Assembly (NCBI RefSeq): GCF_009914755.1
Contig: NC_060945.1
Source: the human T2T-CHM13v2.0 reference genome, Homo sapiens
Length of the DNA stretch: 64,000 nucleotides
Strand: one strand, 5' to 3'
A program made the translations under genes and the position numbers. Below are positions 24,610 through 39,663 of this stretch, piece by piece. Numbering within the stretch: the stretch's first letter is position 1; each line of letters starts with the position of its first letter. The notes beneath the pieces are model-generated. The model was given only the letters and a program-made list of their open reading frames with translations. It made no database searches and had not been told where the DNA came from.

Positions 24610-24892
24610 GGCTAGGTGCTGTGGCTCATGCCTGTAATCCCAGCACTTTGGGAGGCTGAGGCAGGCTGAATGTTTGAGCCTAGGAGTTTGAGACCAGCCT
24701 GGACAATATGGCGAACCCCGTCTCTACTAAAAATACAAAAAACTAGCTGGGAGTGGTGGCACACACCTGTAATCCTAGCTACTTGGGAAGTTGAGGTGAG
24801 AGGATAGCCTGAACCCGGGAAGTTGAGGTTGCAGTGAACCGGGATCATGCCACTGCACTCCCATCTAGGTGACAAGAGTGAGACCTTGGTCT
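24610..24892 (+). mobile_element. AluJ-like, lacking poly(A) tail
   Basis: Dimeric Alu with J-type features (ttgagcctaggagttt, gaggatagcctga); abuts an antisense L1. Confidence 0.9.
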
Positions 24893-25603
24893 TGTACCAT
24901 ATTTTTGCAATTGCAAATTGTGCTGCTATAAACATGTACGTCCAAGTATCTTTTTTGTTTAATGACGTATTTTCCTTTGGGTAGATACCTAGTAGTGGGA
25001 TTGCTGGAGCAAATGGTGGATCTACTTTTAGTTCTTTAAGGAATCTCCATTCTGTTTTCCATAGTGGTTGTATTATACTAGTTTACATTCCCACCAACAG
25101 TGTAAAAGTGTTCCCTTTTCACCATATCCATGCTAACATCTACTTTTTTTTTTTTAATTTTTCAGTTATGGCCATTCTTGTAGGAGTACGGTGTCGCATT
25201 GTGGTTTTGATTTGCATTTTCTTGATCATTAGTGATGTTGAGCACTTTTTCATATGTTTGTTGGCCATTTTTATATCTTCTTTTGAGAATTATCTATTCA
25301 TGTTCTTAGCCCACTTTTTGATGGGACTGTTTTTTCTTGCTAATTTGTTTGAGTTCTTTGTAGATTCTGGATATATTAGTCCTTGGTCAGATGTATAGAT
25401 TGTGAAGATTTTCTCCCACTCTGTGGGTTGTCTGTTAAATCTGCGGATTATTTCTTTTGCTGTGAAGAAACTTTTTAGTTTAATTAAGTCCCACCTATTT
25501 ATCTTTGTTTTTGTTGCGTTTGCTTTTGGGTTCTTGGTCATGAAGTCCTTGCCTAAGCCAATGTCTGGAAGGGTTTTTTCCAATGTTATCTTCTAGAATT
25601 TTT
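24893..25603 (-). mobile_element. L1PB ORF2 3' fragment
   Basis: ORF 25290..25583(-) [38 protein letters not shown] is the L1PB-type ORF2p C-terminus. Confidence 0.9.
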
Positions 25604-27194
25604 AAAAAGATGACTAGACTGATGTCTCATACAACTAATTTTATTTTGATATTTTCTCATCAGCCAAGTTCAAAGTTCCATAGCTTTTTACATTTTCTAC
25701 CCATTAATGAAGTTGCCATTTAGTTTCCTGGATTACCTGCTTTCCTTTTCTTTTTTTTTTTTTTTTTTTTAATGTCCACCCTTCTTCAAAACGTGGTTCA
25801 AAAGTTAACACCTCACAGAAAAATTTTCTTCTTATTGTCTTCTGACATTTATCACTCTTTTACTGCATCTCAGTCTGCAACTTACTCTGTTCGTGGATGT
25901 TGGTCAATAAGTTTCTATAAGTGTGTGTGTGTCTGTATAAGTATACATATGAATATGCATGTGAGTGTTTTTACGAGCTTTTCAGGGGACTATTTCTACC
26001 GTTTTACCCCTACCTCCTAGAATAGGGCTCTAACACAAAGGAAAAGCTAAATAAATGTTACTAAACCACTGACTGCAGTAACAGTGATTTTAGTTATTAG
26101 GATAAAAACATAATTAGCACTTGTAGATCACATTAGGGCTTAACAAAAGCTTTCAGATATATCAGCTAATATGTTCATTATTTTATAATATATAGTTTAG
26201 TTTATCTGCTGACAATTAAAGTGTATAATAACAATGATTTGTATTTAGCTTTGAAGTGTGGGGATTTCTTTTGTATTTATGTATGAAGATATCCTGGGAA
26301 TTAATAACATTGCAAACTAATAATGGATTCTTTAACTAACCAGCTGAGCAATCCCATTATGCTTCTCTGCTTCAGACAGTTCTACTATGTACACCATCTA
26401 CCTCCATTCTGTTTTCTTATTTGAGTCAGATTTCTTTCCATCCTTGAGTAACAATAAAGATTTCAGTTTTAAAAAACTTGAACGAAAGCTATGCTGTAAA
26501 TATCCACACTCCCTTCTCTTCTACTCCTCCTAGGCTTTAGGCAGTAGGCAGAAGCATCAATGGAGAAGATAAGAAAATCAACACATTTACCCAAGTCTCA
26601 ATGGTGGCTATTGAAAGGCAATACTAATGTAGGCTTACCTGATAACAAAAGCTGGCATTTGATGAAGAAAAGATTAACAGATTGGGGTGCAGTTGGAGAA
26701 AATACTTTCTAAACTCAGCCTAAAGGCATTTCATGATTACTAATACATGTCATAGTATCCAGATCTTAAAGTAGTGTAACAATACCATTTTTAATGGTCC
26801 TTTGTTAAATGGGATAGAAAATTGTTTTTTAACAAATCTCTTTGTTTAACCCTAATTAAGAATAACAATAAATGTTTAAACCTTTCTCAAAAAGTATTGC
26901 TTAGAGAGAAAAAAGGAGCAGTGTTTATGTGTAGTTTAACAAATCACCTTAATAAATGTTATGTTGATGTACACAGACCCAGAGGCCAATCAGTAATGTT
27001 AGTTTAAAGTTGAATTCTTTATCATAAGAAAGTGAAAGAAATGTTGAGTCATGTCTCATCTCTTAACCCCACTCACTCTCAGAGAGTAGAGACAGTGGTT
27101 TTGAAAGAGGAAGACAGAACAGTGAATTTGGGTTCTCAGACGAAGAAAAGCTAACATATTTTAAAGAATGATAATATTTCACATTCACATTTTT

Positions 27195-27810
27195 CTTGAA
27201 GTTTTATTTTATTCTTGAATAGTTAATACATTCAAATGTTTTAAAATTCAGAATAATCTTACTATTTTATTTTCCAGTTTTTACACAAATGATAGAATAC
27301 TATCTATATTTACACTGAACTATATTATTATTTAATAGCAAATCTGGGAGTTCTTCATATATCAGTATATAAAAATTTACCTTATTCTTTTATATGACTG
27401 AATATGTATACTCTATTGTCTGTGAAGGGGCTTTACATTATTTTCAGTTTTCTGACCCTTGCAAAACAGTTACTCACTGAATAGCTGGATATACTTATTA
27501 TCTTGCCTATTAACACACTTAGGCATAACATAAAGTCTTAGAAGTGGAATTGTTGGGTCAAAAGCTATGCACCTTTTTAATTTTGGTAGATATTGACAAA
27601 TTCCTCTTTTAAAGAATTATGCCAATTTAAACCTTCACAAATAATATGTGAACTGCTTGGAGTTTTGTTGTTGTTGTTATTACATCTTCGCCGACACAAT
27701 GAATAATTAAGACGAGATCTTTGACAAACTTCTAGATGCAAGCAGTAAAATAGTATAATTTGTATTTATTAAATGACAAATGGTATTGAGAATGTTTTCA
27801 TATTTACCAA
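27195..27810 (-). mobile_element. L1ME 3' fragment
   Basis: agaagtggaattgttgggtcaaaag...ttttggtagatattgacaaatt...tgagaatgttttcatattta, degenerate antisense L1ME. Confidence 0.65.
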
Positions 27811-30800
27811 GTTTCAAAGTTTGTAGAGTTGATTTCCTGCTTGCTCAGACCTGTAAAATGGAAAAGTTCTTCCTTAACACCTTATTGCCTTTCTGGACTT
27901 TAACTACTTGCTAACCTCCATCCTACTTTCATATAACTTCACTCTTAGCACAACCCTCTTCCACCACACCAATCACTTCTGTCCTGAGGAATTCCAGAGA
28001 GAGGGAAAACCGTTGACACAGAAGTTTCTAGACACAAAGTGCCTACTGAGTAGGGTGAGGAGGGGAACTTATAAAGACTAAAATATGGAACTCTGTGCAG
28101 CTACTCTGGACATATTGATGTTGGTATACACATATAATATGGCCTTCTGAAATATAATCTGTGTTTTATTGTGTTAAAGGTTTGGCATTCCTATATTCAG
28201 AGATGTCTTTTCCTGGTTTGTTGACTTTAAGTATTTTTTGGTTGTTGCTGTTTTTACCATGTAGAATTTCCTCATGTTTCTGATGTGGAAAGTATAAGAA
28301 TATCAGCCAGAGAATCTTCTGTTATATAATAATCACTCTGATGATTTGTAGCAGAGTTTACTAAAGAACAAATGTTCACAGTATCAGGTTATGAGTAATA
28401 AAAGGCCTAGGTTTAGAATGGGCCTGCTTTCATTGTATTGCCGTAAATTATACTGTTTATGTGTAATATATCTGGTCAAGGTTATATTTATTTCTGAGCA
28501 ATCTCTAATAGATATTCCAAATTACTGAAGAGTTGGCTCATTCTCCATTAATAAGATGTTATTGAGCAACCTGTCTTTAGAGAAACTTATTTATTTGCTT
28601 GATGTATGGATGATGCAACCAGTTCAAGTGGCAGAAAGAGTATATTAATACAAAATCATTACAACATATCACCTACTGATTTGTTAAGAGGTCCAAGTTT
28701 TCTTAAACTAAAAGGAAGTAATTCCTTGTGGTTTATCTTGCTTTTAGAGTCTGTTGTTGTCTGAGTTTAAGTCATCTATCACCATGTCCGTTTTAAAAGC
28801 AGAGGCTTTTAAAAGGTCTGATGATAAATGTCTAATATTGATATTTAGAATATAAAGCTAAGAATATAATATCCTTTGCCTAGCTCATTTTTTAATAATT
28901 GCACAATGCATGCATCCAAGTAAAACCTAATTATAGCTTCTACCCTCATTTTCCAAGGTTTTTCTAGCATGAAATATAACCTGACTATTTATCCAAGCTA
29001 AGTGATCCAACACATTATTAGACCAGAGTCCTCTTCAGGTGCAGGGCGCCTTGTTTTCACACCGGTCTCAAATGTCTAATGCTGTGTTAACAAAGACTGA
29101 ACATTTGAAGATTGAAATAATTATGGTGTCTCAGATTGAGAAATACGAAATATAAACAAACTCTCTGACTATGCATTATACTGATAATACAACAACTCTA
29201 CAGAGATTTTCACTAAATACTCATTACATTTTACATATTATTATTCATTCCAGAATATTTCTACCTTGTAATAAAAAGCATTTAAATAATATTCTGTGTG
29301 AACAAGACTGATTTATCAGTAATTTCCTAGTTACAGTGGTAAAATTTTAAAAGGGGGCTTTAAAAAAAACCAGGGGTGCTTTAGATGGTGATCCTTTAAA
29401 TAAAGACTATAATTCACAGACAATGACAAAGACACAAGTTAGCTTTAAATCCTCCATGCTTTTTAAGACCAAGTAGTGAAGAAATTTATTACAGCTCAAG
29501 AAAAGAGTTAAGGGCAACAATAATATCTTGCTACTCCAGGTAAGAAAATACAAATTTTAATGACAGAGAAGACTGGTGACCATTGTCACCAAATGTGTAC
29601 TTTCCAGAAAGCACAATTATTTCATGTATAGATCTTGGAGACACAGAACTTCATTATAACCTAAGAGGATCCCTCCTAAGAACAGGTATATAAGAACAGG
29701 TATATAGAAATAAGTACCTAAATTACACCCAATATTGAACTACGATTTTTGTCTTTATTTATGTATAAAATAAGTAAAATGATACTTTTTAGTACCAACA
29801 CTAATATGGATAATTTGATTTAACTTATGAGAAAATACCTCACTGGCTGTTCAACTTTAAAATTCAGAAGAAAAACAAAACTCACTGGCCAGATAAGACA
29901 CTTAATAATATTTGGGGACTAATTATGGCATAGAAATTGTCAGTGGAGTTAAGAGTGAAAAATAGAAAACTTATATGCAGTTTAAACATTATTCCTTGAG
30001 TTGACTTATCCTTTAGCTTGTCTTTTGTTATAGTTTGCTGCAAATTTCGGATCTATATCTTAAATTCCTAGTTTTTTAAATAATGAAATAAGCTTATCAA
30101 GATCTCTTAAAATTCACACTAGTATATAGTGTGTAAATTTGAATTTAGTTGTCTTTTTTAACCCAAGGATGACCATGTTATGTGCAGAGGGTCATGTGAT
30201 TGTCCCAAACTAACTATCAAGTTATTCTGGAGTGTCCCATAAATATTTTTTAATAAATACATTTTTCATGCTTTCATGCTTAATTGTACGCACTAAATAA
30301 CTCATAGTAGTTTTCCTAAACTGACCTGGAAACATATAGCATCTTGATCCATGCTTTCCTTATTAAACATTTATTTATACTAGGGACATGTCAAGGACAC
30401 AAAATTCCTTTCTCACAGAAACAAAAACCACATCCAGATGGCCAAAGTCTCTTCCAGGTGAATAGGGTTAGCAGAAACACAGATGAACCATAAGAACAAA
30501 ATAGTGTCAATAATTTGTCAAAAGAAATCCTCTATAAAATAATTAAAAGAGGCCTGGGAAATCAGCAGAACCTACCTGATGTGTCTTTCCCTTGTTCCTG
30601 ATGTTTGGCCAGCTTTTTGGCTGTTGGAAGTACCAGGTCTCTTGTTTCCAAAGAGCTGCCTGTGTTGGCCTGTCTTTCAGACTATCATGTTACAAAATCT
30701 GAAGTTCTGTTGCAATAAACACCAGATTTCAAAGGAAAAGCAATGGAAATTGTGCAGATTAAACTTCATTTTTATAGCAACAGTCAGTAGTACATAACTA

Positions 30801-31544
30801 TGTGTCTAAACAATGCTTCCTCTTCCAATATAATATTAGATTGAGAAAGACACTGATTTTGAGGGTGCATTCAGAAAAATATATATATGTTTAGGTTTGG
30901 GGGGAAAAAGGTTGTCTTTCTTAGAAACACAATAAATTTATCCTTTGAATCCCTCCTGAATCAACCATATGCAAACAGATAACTTTAGAACTGTGTTATT
31001 CTAGAGTAAGCCTCAGCCAAGTGTAGTTGAAAAGTGGTTGGGCATAATGAGGGCAACCCTGACACAAACATAGACAATATGCTTCCCGAGAAAAAGAATT
31101 TTAAAAAAGAAAAAACAAAAAAAAAAACAAAGTCAAATGAGAGCACAATATTTCAGGAGTAACTCTTTTCTCTTGATGCTCATTTAATTTGAAATTAGTT
31201 ACAGGGACCTCAAATAACAGTACCTCAAGAATTACTTTTTTTGATCTTTCAAGGACATTGCCATTAGCACTATAGTGTCTGTAACCTTCAAGGTTCAGGG
31301 GATAATGTTTAAAGAAGACTATGAAGTTAAAATATCAAAAAGTCAAGAATATGCTCATAAGCTACTGAGAAAACCCATAAGAACATGGCCAGGGTACCAA
31401 GGAAACTGTATCTTCTTTTTGGGGGGTAGAAGGTATCCTTTACATTTTAACTCACTATTTTTTGTCTTAGCCTCTTTTCATTCCTTCTTGGCTTTATAGG
31501 GCCAGTGCTCTCACGATGTAATTGCTATAGAAGTGAAATCTCTC

Positions 31545-31725
31545 AGATACCTATCATAACAGAATGGTAGAGTTATAATTTCAGTGCACATATTTTACAG
31601 ATGAGAAAGCTGAAGCTCGATAAAGTTGTGATTTGTCCCAAAGTGATAGCTAGCTGTGTCAAAATGGAGGGAAAAGTCCAGTTCTCCTCATTATCAGGAA
31701 AGAGCATCTTTTCTAGTGTACTGTG
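31545..31725 (-). mobile_element. MIR fragment
   Basis: attttacagatgagaaagctgaagctc...tgatttgtcccaaagtgatagctag. Confidence 0.75.
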
Positions 31726-32545
31726 ATTAAACTTTCCTGGGTAAATATCTCTTAAATAGTCTAACATTAGATACATTGGAATGGAAGACATGGCAAAATT
31801 AAAACTAAGGTTATAACAAATGATACAGATAAATTGGAGACTTGGCTGAGTCAATGCCGAATAGTATATATGGTGGTTGATGGGGTGTTGACATTCTTTC
31901 TAACAGCAAATGTTTATCTGGTGTTGCTGGCTGAAACTGCATTTAGCATGGCTGAATTTACTTGGAATATGATTCCTGTAGAAATGATCTTAAGCCTTCG
32001 CACAACAGTTGCGCTAGAGAAAATTCATTCACAAACACTGGTCAATATAGATATCATGTGGGTAAGATGTATTTTCCTTCAGAATTCACTCTCTCGATTT
32101 TTCTTTTTGCACTACTGGCCATGACTAATTTTTCATAACCTTTGGGACTGATGATGTTACTTTGATATTTTGTCTATTTTTCTACTCCTCATGAGACTAG
32201 CAAAACTATTTGATATATTTATTCCTGCTAGAATGTCATCCCAGGGATCCCCTATTGAACTTCTGTGCCTTCCCCTTTCCCCAGTATAAGGCCAACCACA
32301 TGGAAGTGGGTTGTGTTGGAGAGTTGGGGTGTTTGAGTGTGCATGGAGATCAACCACAAGGATACCTGCAGGATAATGCAAAAGTAGACCAAAACATCAG
32401 CCAACTGTTACAATAGGATGGCAATCACTATGGCTAGTTTAAAAAAATAGAAAAAAAAATGGTTTTGGTTCTTTTCCTCTAGACCAAAAATAAAATGTTA
32501 GGATAATTGGACAGTTAAAAGCTATAAAATGTTAAGACTCATTCA

Positions 32546-32936
<391 letters not shown>

Positions 32937-33569
32937 TCATAGACATATAAGCCTTTAATCTTGTGTTTACCATTAGAGTGAATAAAGAAACCATGGTTTA
33001 TTTTTGCATAATTTATAAATACCAATTTTGTGACATTTATTAATTTAGTTATTAATTTAAAATAAGAACATATTTTTATATTGCCAAACTGTTAATAAAA
33101 TGAGTCCCTGTTATAAAAAGATCACAAAACATGAGTTGATATTCCAGTTAAGAGAAAATTCAATTAAATGATCAAAATATTTCTCTGGCAAAGGTAGTGT
33201 CCACCCTGAGGTGAGTCCCTCTTAATGGAACCATGGTAAATGACTTCCTTTTCAACTCAAACGTAGTCCCTCTTACCTATCAAATGGATAATGTCATATT
33301 TTATAGTCATGAATTTGTGTTTGCATTGTCATTTAGAAAGGATTATCAAATCATACATAGCTCCAAATTAAAATTGGCCACAACCCAGGGACACTGCAAG
33401 ACAGAGGCAAACATGTTAGCTCACCACAATGTAATATAACTCCTATAGTTCTGAAATATTCAAGGGATTGTGTACTTCCCCAATAAATAGAATAATAAAT
33501 CAGTAAGTAGAATAACACTTTGAGATCAGTGCCAAAATAATATGTATTAGTTTAACTTAAGAAAAGTTC

Positions 33570-33875
33570 AAATTCAGAAAGACAAATTTGTATGTCCTCA
33601 CTTCTATGTGGAAGCTAAAAATACGGAACTCGCAGAAGCAGAAAGTAGAATGATGGTTACCAGAGGCTGAGGGTGGGGAAAGGGAAGACGATGATCAAAG
33701 AATATAATGTTTCAACTAGATGGGAGGAATCAATGATAGTGTTTGAGGTGATGGATATTAATTAGCTTGAGCCAATCATTCCACATTGTATACATATATC
33801 ACAGCATCATTTTTTACCTTATGTTTTTACCTTACAGTTATAACTTGCCAATATCCAATTAAAAAGTTTAAAAAA
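33570..33875 (+). mobile_element. L1MA (MA7/8-like) 3' end with internal deletion
   Basis: cagaaagacaaat...agtagaatgatggttaccagaggctg...tgaggtgatggatat...cattccacattgtatacatatatc. Confidence 0.8.
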
Positions 33876-34089
33876 TATATATCAAGAGGCAAATTTTTCT
33901 TTTGAATTATTTTGTACAAAGGAAAATCCTTTAAAAAAATAGTTTCTTGCCATTTTTTCTGTTAGTCTCATTAACAAAAAAACTTTCATGAATGACAGTA
34001 GCTGAAAGGGCATGTTCCAATGGGTCACCAAGACTGCTTATGGGAGAATGTGCAGCCAGGAGTCCACAGAGAGGCAACGTAATCTGCGG

Positions 34090-34300
34090 GTCATGAAGGA
34101 AATATGAGTAAGTCAGATATGGCCTTGACCCTGGCTTTCATATGCAATCGCTGCATGTCTATTTTCATCTCTGAGCCTTGACTTTCCTATTACTAAAGTG
34201 GATATTATAATGGTATCTGCTGTATTAATCCTGTTGAAAGAATTACATGGTGTAATACATGCAAACAATTAGCAAAGGGTCCAGGTTTTCGTAAATTCTA
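34090..34300 (+). mobile_element. MIR fragment
   Basis: tcatctctgagccttgactttcct...taaagtggatattataatggtatct...taatacatgcaaa. Confidence 0.55.
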
Positions 34301-34764
34301 AATAAATCTTAGATTTTATTTTGTTTTTAATATTTTTACTATTACAAAAGTGGCCCAGGTCAGAGCTTCATTATAACTTGGAAATTTTTTTTATCACTGA
34401 GCTGACATGTTTGAGTCTTTCATTAAGGAAGAATCGTTTTCACAGGTAGGTGACTACACAGAAAATTTGATGACAACTGAAGTCACAAAAAGAGAAGAAT
34501 TTTTTAAATGTTCTCATGATATTGAAGCAAAAGGAGCACCAGACAGGGAGATGGGGTATAGCAGCGCTAGTCCTGAATCTCTTACTAAATTGCTGAGTGA
34601 TGTACAAGTCATTTGGGGGCCTTAGTTTCATTAATCAATAAACAGATTTTTATTGTCACTTCCAGTTCAAACATCATATGGCTGGGTTGTATAGGACTGT
34701 GAAGTTAGAAAACTCTTCCTTTTGTTTGGTACATGGAGAACTTGGCCAATTTCTCTGTCATCTG

Positions 34765-35150
34765 TCATAGAGAGGGTGCCCTGGAAGCACTTCTTATCAT
34801 GGAAATTCTTGTGCAAGGGATTTTTCTTTTTATGGGAATGCTCCTAGGAAAAATGTGTAAGAGAGTAAGGAAAGAAGGAGAAGGAAAGAGAAAGAAGCTA
34901 AGTAGCGATATGGTTTAGGTGAAGTCTAGCTCCAGACTGACCTTGTGTGGAACTCTGGAACATAAACTATACCACATCTACCCCACTTTTTAGATAAGAA
35001 AGGACTTTATCCCCACAGAAGTCACCTGGATGCCCAAGGTTGGGAGCAAGGCGGCTCCAGTTACCCAAGATCTAAGCAGTGGAACCTTTATCAACCAGTA
35101 AAAGAAATTGCTAAGTATTCAGAAGAGGCACCACCAGCCACTTCTATTGC
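34765..35150 (-). mobile_element. LTR16-family (ERVL) LTR
   Basis: ccctggaagca...gtgcaagggattt...ggaatgctcctaggaa...ggaactctggaaca resembles the reverse LTR16 consensus. Confidence 0.55.
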
Positions 35151-38100
35151 ATTGCTTGATGTACTGCATACTGAAAGCACTTGAACTTACACAACAGCTT
35201 CCATAAATCAGCCTCATCATTATAGGATATCATTGTGCAACACTTCCTGTCTTACTGGACAGATGCTATAAACTTTTTAAATTGTTTGCTTGATCTTTCC
35301 TAACTTATGATTACAAAGTTCACCATCTCCTCTATTTTCTGAGGGTCACAAGGCCCTTCAGCTGATTGCAAGGCAATTTAGGGAGATGATCTCTGGATGT
35401 ACTTGTGTGTTAGAAAAATCTAGACATTAAAACCAAAGTAGGGTGTGGAAACCCTTAGGAACTGACCATCAGTCACGTCCCTCTTTTCTTGCTGAAAAGC
35501 AATTCTTATATTTTAATTCTAAGACATTATCTTCCTTTTCAACAGCAAGTGTCAGCTTCATCAGAAGTATACATTATGCTAAGAAAGTACCTTTTGAAAG
35601 AAAAATATGAAACCCAGACATCAACTTCAAGTTTTTCTTTTAAAATAGGTAAAGAGGTAGATGCTCATCTTTGAAACTAACAAGTAAAAAATCATTTTTG
35701 ATTCCAAGATCGCCACTCATTTTACTGTAACACACGATCTAGTAAGAATTGCATGGTATCTCAGTGGCTATTAACTTCCAGCTTCTCTGGCCTAGCATAA
35801 ATCCTGAGAGAGTGTGACACACTTTTCTCTTAGGCTTCTAGAATAGAATATCCCTGGTGTTCATTTTCTTTGAGATAAATTATGTTACTTTGGACTCTCT
35901 TACATTATTTCAGTCAAAATGTCTTCCTTCAAGTACTGATTTATTTCCATCATTGTGGCAAGAAATAATAGATGACAAAAGTTAAGAAGCTTTTACCTGT
36001 AAAACAAATTACTGGAAGTTTTTCTAACAAGAAGGGGAAATTAGATCCAAAGTTACATCATCTTTTAGACCTAATATGCCCTATTAATAAAATTTACATA
36101 AAATTTTTAAAGAATTTAAATTATATCTAAATGTATATAATTTAGTCCTGATTTGGTTTGAGGGGTAGAGTTTTTATTTATTTATTTAACTTGTGGCAAT
36201 TATTTTCTCTTCTTCTTTCTGTTTTCTTTCTTTCTCTTCTTCTTCCTTTCTTAGGAGACACAAATTTACATAAAGAATATCACTACTATTCAGTTTTTAA
36301 ATGTATTAACTGTAAAAGCTTTGAAATATTAAGCAATGAATTTCATTTCATAGTTTATGAACAAATGTGAGTTTCACAGTTACTTTGATGTGTAGGGTTT
36401 GTTTTCTGGCTAAGAAATTTATGGTAAGTTGAATGCTCACTGTGCAGAGTTAACTCTTTTTAACTACATTAAATTTTCATTATAACTGCTCATATAAAAC
36501 TAATGCCACTTTGCTATAGCAGAAAGTGCTAATATCACAGTATGGCCCACAAAACTGTTTCTCTGTTAATATCTTACCTTATTTTCAGGCACCTATAAAA
36601 TAGTCATGGACATTTATTCAATATTGAAATATAACAAATATCAATCCAAAAACAAGTTTTATTTTTCTTAACCTTCAGTCTTGAAATAAGAAAGGGAAAA
36701 AAAGAGATGTCTTCTCCCCCAGCAGAGCATACTCCAGAAACAAATATGCTACATCTGTTTTAGCTGGCATGGATAGGGCCCTGCAGGGTAATACACTACT
36801 TCAGATTTCAAAACTGACAGTCTTCAGGCTAGTGGTTCTCCATGCTGCAAATAAAGATTTTATTTTCCAATGATATTTATTTAGGATTTTTTTTGCTGGG
36901 TGAATCGAGCTTGTGAGTTTATGAATTCTACTAAAGCAATTATCTCCCCAACTCAGAAGGAGCTGCTGGAATCTCTCATGTGAGTACCACACAGCCAGCA
37001 GGTTCCCTCATCACAGATCATCACAATAGGCATTTTGGTGGTTTATTTGGAAGGCAGTTTTATGCTAAATCCCATTTTTCAATACTTTGCTACTTCTTCA
37101 AAAGCTTTTCTTTAGCCTTAATGTGGAGTTAAGAGCAATTTACCCATTTTTTGAGAGATTGATGCATGAGTAAAGTATTTCTCAGGGTATTTGAAGACTG
37201 GATAATATCAAATCAGGTCATGATAAAATATAGTTGAAGGCAGCATTTTAAATTGAAGAACCACATGAAAGCACTGAGTTCAGATATTTTGATTCTGAAG
37301 AATACACAGGGAATATTTCGCATTCACAAAGGATTTTCTTCCTAACCCCTCTTTCCCTATATCCACCATTCCCCAAACACAAACATGCACACATTCTTTT
37401 GAAGTATGTGAAGGTGAAATCATAGCAGGCATACCCCTCAGTCTATGCCTGTGGGCATGATTTTAAACAGAAACCTTGAGGGGGTTTATTTCTGTTAAAA
37501 TGCATAGACAGGACCATGGTTTTTTCAAATTTGCACACAAAAATTCAATACAAGGGGAGTCAATACATGTTTATATGTATGTACTAACATATACAGGAAC
37601 TTATTAATATATAATATATTTATGCTACTGGCAGAGACAGGCAATTAAACAATGTGCAATTGAGCATGTAAAACTGAGGTCCGGTCACCAGATGGAAGTG
37701 TATTTGGGAATAAGCCTGCCAACTTGTGCTATATGCAATATGCTTATACTCAGAAAATACATCATCCATGAAAGGAATAAAATGAAAGTTTGCTTTCTTC
37801 ATTCAGTTTCAAAAGGAGTAGTATTTTGGTGGATTTTCTTTTTTTGTATTTCTTTCATTACAGGAGAAAAAGAATAATGACCTAATTGCCAGAAAACGTG
37901 CATACAACATGAGACTTGGGGATCTGAGCTCTTGAAAGCCATACCAGAGATTTTCTCTAATACCTTTATTTTCAAAGTGTCTTTCCCCAAGGGGACAACA
38001 TATCTCTGCAGACTTCATCTCATTGATCCTCACATGATCATTGTTAAGGAGTCAGGAAGGCTAAGACTTCTGTAGATTCCACCAGTGAAACAGACAGACA

Positions 38101-39663
38101 ATAGCCATTAGAATGACTTGATTGAAATTATAGAGTAAGTTGGGAGCACAGCTGGTGCAAGAATCTGGGTCTGCTGTTTGCCAGAGCTTTCTTCTATCTG
38201 ACAGAACATATTGCCTAAAGCTGAGAATCCCACAGTGTCCTTGATTACGTATTCTCAAATTATAGCTCACTTTAGAGATTCCTATTAAAAATGGAGTATG
38301 GCAGCAGGCCTGGAAATCATTTAGGAAACCCCAGGTTTCAAGCGGGTGGGAGATTTAAGAAGCAGGGCTGGAAGGATGAAATATCTAAAACATGGGTGGG
38401 GATGGATGTCTAAATGGCTGTCTACTGGATCTTTCTGTGGAGAGGGCATCATGCTAGGTGCTCTGCTGGTTAATCAGAAAGATGCAGAAGGTATTCCCTA
38501 GGAGTTTATTTACTTACTTGACAAGGGTCTTCTTGTGAAAGCCTCATTTCTTGCGAAAGCCTTCTTGTAAGTTGCTGGAGAAGGCAGATGAAGAATAGGA
38601 AGATGTATAGCTGTTTTAGAAGCCCAAGGGCAGCTTGAAATGAACTCCCTCATAAAGTAGAGGGGAGAGCTCTCTTGGGAAGAATTCAGTAGGCTCCCTC
38701 TTGTCTCACTTGGATTTTTTTAAGATGTAGTCTAGTAGGAATAGACATTTCCCTCATGAATTATTGATACCCTAAAGCAGTTTTAATTGTTTTTCCTTTC
38801 AGTGCTATATAGAGAAACTCCATAATGATTCTCACTGCAATATTAGAATATATTTTAAGCATGCCATAATACCGAGGGAAAGCATCTAATTTTCCTGAAA
38901 CAATATGCTTCTTTAACTTCGAGAAATATGATTTAAATTAGCAATAAAGACGAGAAGTAATCCAACTTAGATTATAAAATTGCTTTCTGTACTGAAATAT
39001 TCTGTAGGAAAATAAGAAAAGAATACATTTATGTACAATTTAATCATGTGAAAGCATGGTTAAACATTGAAATATGGGATTTGTAGATATAAGATAAATT
39101 TCACTACTGCATGAGGGTCTTTTCTTGGTCACAGATTTTAACTCTTTATATAACATTTTTTTCAAGCATGAGTTGCACAATATAGTGAACCTTTGCCACA
39201 AAACAACAAAAAAATGAAAAAACACTGAAATATCTGTAAGTAGCTATAGTCCCACTGTCAAAAATAACAACTCTAAATATTTTGACGTATACTTCTAGTC
39301 CTTTCCATTTTACATACGTTTATTTTTAAATAATATTCTATTATACTTTAATATTTTATAGTCTGCTTCTCCCTCTTATTAACAGACTGTCAATGGCTTT
39401 CCATTAAAAAATTATTCTTCAATGGGATTTTTACACTGTGAATTGCAACGTATCATAAGGATGTTTATAATTTACAAATTATTCTTCAACTTAGGTAAAT
39501 TATTCCAGTTTTTTTTTACTATTGTGATAAACATTATTAACTGATCCTAGTACATATTTCTTATCTCTTCTAGAATTCCTTAAAGTAAGTCAGTGTTATA
39601 AATACCAATATAGAAGCACGTAAATACGTGGCCTTCTGTGAGTTTATGTCAAATTATTGATTA

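Noticed and set aside
24060-24935. ORFs such as [15 protein letters not shown] and LLSPRWECSG
   Set aside because: Typical antisense-Alu translations; the same applies to 32543, 43972 and 54347.
31834-32124. 96-aa hydrophobic ORF
   Set aside because: Starts at TTG, no recognisable homology or exon structure; expected by chance.
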